This document shows, in pieces, positions 25,561-31,625 of a stretch of DNA of 31,625 bases. Each line of letters begins with the position of its first letter. The stretch's first letter is position 1. This DNA is from a virus (taxonomy: Duplodnaviria > Caudoviricetes), in the IMG/VR virus record IMGVR_UViG_3300005517_000023, positions 1 through 31,625 of that record, one strand, 5' to 3'. Under the pieces are notes generated by a model. That model was not told the DNA's origin and ran no database searches. It saw only the letters and a list, made by a program, of their open reading frames with translations. The translations under genes were made by a program, and so were the position numbers.

Positions 25561-27542
25561 TCATTTTCTACCTCCTTGCATTACCCCTTGCAGAACAACA
25601 CCAATCGATTTATAAGGGAAATTGGCAGCCTGAGACGGTACCTCAATATCCTGGCATAAGGTGTTAGGGGCGGCTTCTTGGGCAGGTCTTTCTTGTACGG
25701 CGTAATCCGCAGCAATGTTTTGACTTTCGTTGTTTTGTGGTCTTTGGGGGCGCGGTGGAGTATCTTTGGATATCTCGACCCGCTTTCCAAAGTACACCTC
25801 CAAATACCCCTCATTCCCACCGACGGTCATACTATCCAAGGTGAAGGCATTGGGTGCCAAAATCAAAATTGTGTCGCCTTGATCAATCACCTTGCTGGCT
25901 AAAAAGGGCCACGCCGGATGAATGTTGGGATGCTTATTTACAAAATCTTGTAACCTCGAGTCCGCGGCAGGAGAATTAGTCGATGGGGCCAACCCAGACG
26001 ATGAACTTCCACCACAGCTTTCCAAACTAACATCTGCCCATCGCTCCCCATTCAACCATGTGGTAGGGTTAGGAAAGTATTGCGGGTCCTTTCCCTGAAC
26101 AGAATGGGCATAAGAGTTGGTCAGCCTCATAAGCTCCGCATGAGTGATTCTTTTCATGGCTTTGGTAAACGCTGAAAATGCTTTTTTCTTATCCACTTTC
26201 TTTGGGTAAGCGGCATACCACTGAGCAAAATTATCCTCCAGGATCTTGGCTAATGGTTTTGGAGGTTCTTTCGAGTAAGTGTCTTTTTCTGAAACTCGCA
26301 AGATTATATTCGATGCAGACGTATCGATTGCTGGAGCTTTAAGGCATGCTACAGAGGTTTTATGATCATCTTTTCTTGTAGGGGTAAGGTCTCAGAGGCA
26401 GAAAAATGGCATGTTTTTGTGGTGCCTGTTTCTGAAGGATCTTCAAGGGGAGCCTGAGCGTGCATAGAATCACCCCTGGAGGCCCTAATCTTATCAACTT
26501 CCGAGACTTTCGATAACAGATTGCGACAAAATTTATCAAAAGCCATCGACTCCGGAGAACCATCAGAATTCTCCCAAGAAACCTCATCCAACAAATCCTC
26601 TGGCACAGGATCCGGCTTTGAAGAACCACCAGATGGATCATCAAAAGGATCAGGATCAGAATCCCCCCAAGGATCAAAATCAAAATCTTCATCCAACCAA
26701 CCCTCTGATGATTTTTGACCGATGACAGGATCAACACCCCCTGGAGGCGTATTTTGTATTTCTTCCTCAAAATTAATTTTTTCTAAACACACACTCGGAG
26801 CGATAGCGACAGAGATCGGATGTGAATAATCAGGTGACCGGTCGTTTTGTGTTTCCGACTCAAGATCAATTTTTGAAGACCCCACATCTTGAACTTCCGG
26901 ATCATCGAAATTACCCCCGTTCTGGCAAGAGAGTGATGGTTCAATGATGGTTATTTATGGTTCTATTGATGAATGGGGTGCACGTCGTTCCAAATAAGTG
27001 GTATGAGGTGCACCCCTAGATGCACCAGATGCACTACTCAATGCACCAGATGCACTACTCAATGCACCAGATGCACTACTCAATGCACCAGATGCACTAC
27101 TCAATGCACCAGATGCACCCCTAGAAACATCACAATTTTCACCAGATGCACTACTCAATGCACCAGATGCATCCCTAGAAACATCACAATTTGCACCAGA
27201 TGCGGGGTTGGGTTCGGCACAATCTGTGTCATGATCGTCAATAAAATCATTTTCCTCGTTCAATTTATTCAAAAAAGAGACGTTGATTTGATAGACATTA
27301 GGTCTTCTTGCATTAAATGATTTTACAAGCTCAAGAACTCCCTTCTGTATAAGAGAAGATATGGTGTATTTGATGCACCGGTCAGAAAATCTTGTTTCTG
27401 CCGATATTCTCTTTACGCTAGGGTAGATAGACGAACCATCGTCAGCAGCAAAGTCAGCCAACTTCACCAAAATACTTGTTTCTGTGCTGGTAAAAAAACA
27501 AGACTTTGATCCCCAAACAGCCTTCATTAATTGTATGCTCAT
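25561..27542 (-). pseudogene. Phage replication initiator split into three ORFs (26955..27542, 26349..26885, 25561..26301)
   Basis: N-terminal winged HTH (LADFAADDGSSIYPSVKRISAETRFSDR), intragenic iterons, in-frame TAA at 26955..26957, and a one-base frameshift near 26371. Then the replisome-organiser motif FAQWYAAYPKKVDKKKAF...YFPNPTTWLNGERW and a DnaA_N-like ILAPNAF segment. Confidence 0.75.
27009..27203. repeat. Iteron-like 21-bp repeats; probable replication origin
   Basis: TGCACCAGATGCACTACTCAA in four exact tandem copies from 27021. Core TGCACCAGATGC occurs 8 times (one with a mismatch). AT-rich DNA adjacent. Confidence 0.8.
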
Positions 27543-28138
27543 CGTTTGTCTCCCTGGTTAGAAGACACTAATCTTTGCCAAAACCCACAGGCACCACCTT
27601 CCATCGGGTCAAGGCCTTCGAAAGCGGACTCGTCAAAGCTCTTTAAAGCATAGAGGGTGGCCCTTTTCTTTTTTAGCCGGCAAACATACCCAACCACCCT
27701 AGAAATGAATCCTGTGGCCTTCTTTGGTTCTGCATCTACCTTTTTGGGTTCATCATCAACAAACGTTGAAAAAGACAATCCTGCTGGGGTCTGCTTCAAA
27801 CGTTCAAGCCTGCCCTCCTTTTTAGGTTGAGGTTTTTTAATTACAAAACACAATCCCGCGGGGGTTTTCTTTAAATGCTCAACATCAACGTTGAGTTTGT
27901 AGATGGATGCTTTGCCTCCAGTTCCAACAAAAACCATCTCAAGAATGCCTTTTCTAATACAAGAGTCCCTTAGAATTATTTTGAGGAAGGAACGACTCCT
28001 CCCGAGACGGAGCATCAGCTTAGGCAGGCAAACCTGAATATAATCGTAGTCTCCATCCAAGTCGTGCGCGGCAATAGCAATTAGCAATTTCTTTTCTTCT
28101 TCAGAAACACAAACAAAATTTGACTTAATATTACGCAT
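27539..28138 (-). CDS. Degenerate winged-HTH protein
   Basis: EKKLLIAIAAH...KGILEMV...ASIYKLNV parallels the neighbouring HTH genes. Internal repeat LKKTPAGLCF/LKQTPAGLSF. ATGA coupling to the next gene. Confidence 0.6.
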   Translation of the reverse strand: MRNIKSNFVCVSEEEKKLLIAIAAHDLDGDYDYIQVCLPKLMLRLGRSRSFLKIILRDSCIRKGILEMVFVGTGGKASIYKLNVDVEHLKKTPAGLCFVIKKPQPKKEGRLERLKQTPAGLSFSTFVDDEPKKVDAEPKKATGFISRVVGYVCRLKKKRATLYALKSFDESAFEGLDPMEGGACGFWQRLVSSNQGDKR

Positions 28139-28469
28139 AATAAAGTTCCTCTTCTTTTTTACTCATATAAGGCACATTAATTTTATAGGTATTTGGTTGA
28201 GAGCTTTCTTTGAATCTCTCTGCCTTAATAACGAACTTATTTACAATCTTGAATATAAGTTGTTTGTTTACAAGGGACTGTATTGTTCTATATACGGTTC
28301 TTTCACAATAACCAGTCGCAACAGATATCTCTGCTATACTTATACTAACTTCTATTTTTCTGTTTGGTACATGGGCAGCGATCTTAACCAGTATGGACGC
28401 TTCGGTTGGGGTCAATCTCAGGCTTTGTCTTTTTTTCCAAACCATATCGATCAGTAAAATACTCATCAA
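28131..28469 (-). CDS. Winged-HTH (HTH_36-like) protein
   Basis: LTPTEASILVKIA...SIAEISVATGYCERTVYRTIQSLVNKQLI...PNTYKINV; SD AGGAG. Confidence 0.75.
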   Translation of the reverse strand: MMSILLIDMVWKKRQSLRLTPTEASILVKIAAHVPNRKIEVSISIAEISVATGYCERTVYRTIQSLVNKQLIFKIVNKFVIKAERFKESSQPNTYKINVPYMSKKEEELYYA

Positions 28470-28580
28470 AAGCTCTCCTGTGTTCCTGCACTAAAAGTCA
28501 TTTCCAGCGCTCATGGGCCGAACATTTTCATAGTTTTTAAGGGGCGGCAACCGGGATTTTTTTGTGATCAAGGACAATGC

Positions 28581-28745
28581 TTGCGCCGTTTTTGGCGCAT
28601 AAGGCAGGCTGTGGGTTGCAGAGATTTTTGAATCATTTTTAGATGACAAAAAATGTAGAATTTCTGTTTTTACGGCGAATGTTCCAAAAAAACGATGTTT
28701 GCGCCAAAAACGGCGCAGCAGGCAAACAGCGGGTTACAGGGTTTT
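28581..28745. repeat. Two TGCGCC-N6-GGCGCA sites with oppositely oriented spacers
   Basis: 28582..28599 and 28700..28717 are exact reverse complements, while their right flanks are similar in direct orientation. Confidence 0.85.
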
Positions 28746-28865
28746 CACCCATACGAGGTGTGTTTTTTGCGTAATGGTAATGCTACATTGGCAACCCAAC
28801 TCTAGACATAAAAAAACCAGAAGAGGTATTAACCAAGCTTCCGGTTCGTTGTTATTGGATAAAAA

Positions 28866-29569
28866 TTATAGAACAGCAGTCAAGTCTGGTTTCTTTAAAA
28901 TCTTTAGGAAACTCAAAGCTTCTCGAAGGACACTTCTGGATAACTCATATTTTTCGCTTAGATGTTCAGAAACTAATCCCCTTTCAGTGTAAGCATTTTC
29001 ATCGGGAAACTTTTCAAAAATTTCCTTAACACCTTCCTTTCCAATTAATTCAAACAAAAAAATGTTATTGCCGACGACGAGGGATAACTAAAAAAAGACA
29101 CCATAGATTGTTTAAAGGCATCGGTCTCAAGGTAAAGAGGCATTCCCCTGTACGATTCAAACCTGTTTTCCACCAGTTCAGAAAAGCACTTAAGCGTTGA
29201 ACATATTTTATTAGAAGTTGTTTGGTGTTGTCCGTTTTTAGGGAATGATATCTCTAAATCAAACAATAGTAGAAAGTGTCTAAACTCACGAGGTGCCGCC
29301 AAAAGACGTTCACAATTAACAATCTCTCGGTTTTTTAATAGGGCCTCAGCATCCGAAATAAATTCATTTTTATAATCAAGGGCGTCTTCGGGACTCCAAT
29401 ATATTTGATCAGCCTTCAAAGGATTCAAAGGGTCTGATTCGTTTAATTTTATCAACTCCCTAATCTCGTCCCGTTTCTTAAAAACATCACAATTTCGTTT
29501 AAAATCCATTTCTTTAACATAAAAATTCACAAACTTTAAAAACGCGTCGTCAAGTTGTACGTAGGTCAA
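28866..29569 (-). pseudogene. Hypothetical protein split into 174 aa + 63 aa ORFs at a T7 run
   Basis: One extra T at 29056..29062 fuses ...SSAITFF to LFELIGKEG..., giving 234 aa. Confidence 0.5.
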
Positions 29570-29579
29570 ACTCTTCTCC

Positions 29580-29612
29580 TTATCGTTATCGTTATCGTTA
29601 TCGTTATCGTTA
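29580..29612. repeat. Hexanucleotide microsatellite (TTATCG) x5.5
   Basis: Perfect tandem repeat abutting the SD (AGGAG) of the 29569 TTG start. Confidence 0.9.
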
Positions 29613-29694
29613 AATATGGGCCTTTACCCCTATAATTTCCTTACTCTTTTTGTAGATTTTAAACAATGGCGTAAGTGGTTTTGGAATAAATTTA

Positions 29695-29946
29695 TCAGAG
29701 AATGTCACCATTTCTGAGCCGCTCGGCCTTTAATCTCAAAAAAACCCGGCACTCTGTCGCCTTTTTAGGGGGAATATCAACAACACCCCAGGCGTAATTT
29801 TCGATGGTTGAAATGCTAACCTTCAACAACTCAGCCGCCTCTTCAAACGAAATGTCCATTTTGTTAATCCAGTAACAAAACTGCCCGCTGGTGAATTGGT
29901 TAAGCACTTGGCCCCCAACGAAAACCCTCTTTTCCCAAAAGCTCAA
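29695..29946 (-). CDS. Cro/XRE-like HTH protein
   Basis: MDISFEEAAELLKVSISTIENYAWG...IP. Start uncertain. Confidence 0.65.
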   Translation of the reverse strand: MSFWEKRVFVGGQVLNQFTSGQFCYWINKMDISFEEAAELLKVSISTIENYAWGVVDIPPKKATECRVFLRLKAERLRNGDIL

Positions 29947-30139
29947 AAAATAGAAATCCAGAAGGCAATTCTACACCAGTAGCACCAGGAGGAGCTTCGA
30001 GGTACAGCTCATCAAGAAAACCCTGAAACTCGTGAGGATTAACTGTTTTTAAGTTTACCAGCATCGATTCAATGAGAATTTTTTGCATCTCCTTCAACAC
30101 TTGCTTTCTTTTCAACTTTTTGTTTTTCAACATGGTCAA
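29900..30139 (-). CDS. Hypothetical protein
   Basis: 79 aa overlapping the stop of the upstream gene. Contains FLFFELLGKEG. Confidence 0.45.
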   Translation of the reverse strand: MTMLKNKKLKRKQVLKEMQKILIESMLVNLKTVNPHEFQGFLDELYLEAPPGATGVELPSGFLFFELLGKEGFRWGPSA

Positions 30140-31491
30140 ATCCCTTCAAACGCGCTTCGTAGCTGTTGTTCGTGGTGCGTCCACAAATAATCCCTGGCAA
30201 ACGCTGTGTTGATATCAAAGATTATCTCTCCGTTCTCAAACCCCCTTGCCACAAACCCCGTAGCCACAATCCAGGCCTTGTAAGTCATAGCCCCCAGCGT
30301 TTGGTAAAGCTTTTGTTTGACCTCTTTGTCCACCGAATCCTGAGCCGTTGTCAAGGCTTCCTCAAGGCTTAAGGCTTGTCGCTCTGAGGCTTCCAACTGA
30401 CGTGCGTCCTCCGCCGCTTGAAGTTCTTCCGGCGTTGGTTCCTTAGGCGGCCATGTCTGCCAAAACTTGCTCTTGTCCCAGAACCTTTCGATCATTTTTT
30501 CCGACAAGATCGTTCCAATGCCCGACACAAAGCTATTCCCTCTCGACATGGCTTTCTTTCCCATCAGGAAGGGTGTATCGGCAAAGGTTTTGCAGTAATC
30601 TCGAAAAAGATCAAGCCCCAAAGCTCCCAAGCCAAAGTGCGTTCCCATCCGCTTTTTGATGGTTCTGGTAAATATTTCCATGTTGATCGACAAGGGATGG
30701 TCCAGCTTCGAGCCGATGATTTCCTGAACAATCTCGTAAGCCTTGTCAACGAATTCCCCAACGGTTATGGGTTTTTCATCCACGATAGGAGGTGCTGATG
30801 GGGGTTCGGTTATGGGGTCTGATTCGACAGTCAACTCAACCTTTGGAAGAACATCTCCAATCCGTACGGCTGTTTGAGGCTTGACTGGCTGCTCACCTGA
30901 AAGCCTAACAATCTTGGTTTCTGGTAAAGCTTCCAAAACTACACTGGCTGTTTCAGCTTCCACTGGCTGTTTTGCCTCCTCAACCACAGGTTGAAGGGTT
31001 TTACGCGCGCTCGCGCCGTTTAAACCTGTATTCACTGAGGTTATCTGTGTTAATAACATCTCGTCATTTTGACGAGACCATCTCGTCAAGTTTCGAGGGC
31101 CTCTTTTTGAGGATTTCTGCGGTTTGAACGAGGATAAGAAGGCATTAAGCTTGTCATAGTTAATGGTGTACCATTTGGTGCGATTTCCCTTAAAAGAGTG
31201 AAGCATTTCTGATAAAAGGAATCCTAACTTTTCGAGATTTCGAATGGCTCTGTAGACTGTTGTCTCGGAATAGATCTTAAGTGCCGCAGCCCAGGCCTTG
31301 TAGGAATTGTAAATCCACTTCTTACCCTCGTGGGTCTTCCCCACTGAGTGATTGTTGGACTCTAGCCATCCATGGACGAACTGCAATATAGAGGCCTCGA
31401 CAGGGCCTACCTTTAAAGCCAAGTCTGGTTGATGTGCGAACCAAGCGCATTCGTGCATCAGCGCGCACGATCTAGGAGACCTATTGGACAT
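30136..31491 (-). CDS. Replication initiator-like protein: N-terminal HTH plus C-terminal DnaA_N-like domain
   Basis: GKKWIYNSYKAW...YSETTVYRAIRNLEKLG...NRTKWYTINY (phage Rep HTH). C-terminal LGAMTYKAWI...NTAFARDYL resembles DnaA domain I. Confidence 0.7.
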   Translation of the reverse strand: MSNRSPRSCALMHECAWFAHQPDLALKVGPVEASILQFVHGWLESNNHSVGKTHEGKKWIYNSYKAWAAALKIYSETTVYRAIRNLEKLGFLLSEMLHSFKGNRTKWYTINYDKLNAFLSSFKPQKSSKRGPRNLTRWSRQNDEMLLTQITSVNTGLNGASARKTLQPVVEEAKQPVEAETASVVLEALPETKIVRLSGEQPVKPQTAVRIGDVLPKVELTVESDPITEPPSAPPIVDEKPITVGEFVDKAYEIVQEIIGSKLDHPLSINMEIFTRTIKKRMGTHFGLGALGLDLFRDYCKTFADTPFLMGKKAMSRGNSFVSGIGTILSEKMIERFWDKSKFWQTWPPKEPTPEELQAAEDARQLEASERQALSLEEALTTAQDSVDKEVKQKLYQTLGAMTYKAWIVATGFVARGFENGEIIFDINTAFARDYLWTHHEQQLRSAFEGI

Positions 31492-31625
31492 AATGTACCT
31501 TCACCACCTTACCACCCGACGCAATTTTACAAGACCTGAAGAAGATTGTATAACTACCCTTTAAGCAACAAAGTTATAGGGTTATAATGCGTTCATTAAG
31601 TGGAGGGGTTGCTCACGTAGCCTCT

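Larger units (their letters stand above)
1..31625 (-). mobile_element. Podovirus-like prophage or phage-plasmid (ends not visible in window)
   Basis: Co-oriented terS-terL...portal-scaffold-capsid-adaptor-nozzle-fibre-ejection genes plus upstream HTH replication genes. No tape measure, sheath or baseplate genes, and no host housekeeping genes. No integrase or att site seen. Confidence 0.9.

Noticed and set aside
26955-26957. Stop-codon reassignment (alternative genetic code)
   Set aside because: TAA, TAG and TGA all terminate well-formed genes elsewhere in the window; a single nonsense change is simpler.
27009-27203. CRISPR array
   Set aside because: Repeats are contiguous with no unique spacers, lie in frame within a gene, and no cas genes are present.
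26973-27320. Cys-rich plus-strand ORF (CTTQCTR repeats) resembling a metallothionein
   Set aside because: Antisense translation of the iteron array.

Overview
The whole window is one phage-derived element, almost entirely on the minus strand. It is a podovirus-like prophage or phage-plasmid with P22-type gene order. The host is probably an intracellular alphaproteobacterium (Rickettsiales/Holosporales-like); this is inferred from the ProP-like MFS transporter, the patatin and the DnaA_N-type initiators. Read right to left, the window holds (i) a replication/regulation block of winged-HTH initiator-like genes, intragenic 21-bp iterons, and XRE and RHH regulators, (ii) the small and large terminase subunits, (iii) a ~9.5 kb block between terL and portal, and (iv) an uninterrupted virion block. 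Block iii carries SemiSWEET-like and ProP-like transporters, an intact patatin phospholipase, three tandem diverged DUF29 paralogues and two fibre-like proteins. Block iv carries portal, scaffold, major capsid, putative decoration protein, adaptor, nozzle, tail fibre, a GNAT-like protein and three putative ejection proteins. The most notable pattern is that every virion and packaging gene is intact, while several early or accessory genes are broken by a nonsense codon or by single-base frameshifts at homopolymers, including the iteron-bearing initiator. All product calls come from motifs read by eye plus synteny; no database search was run.
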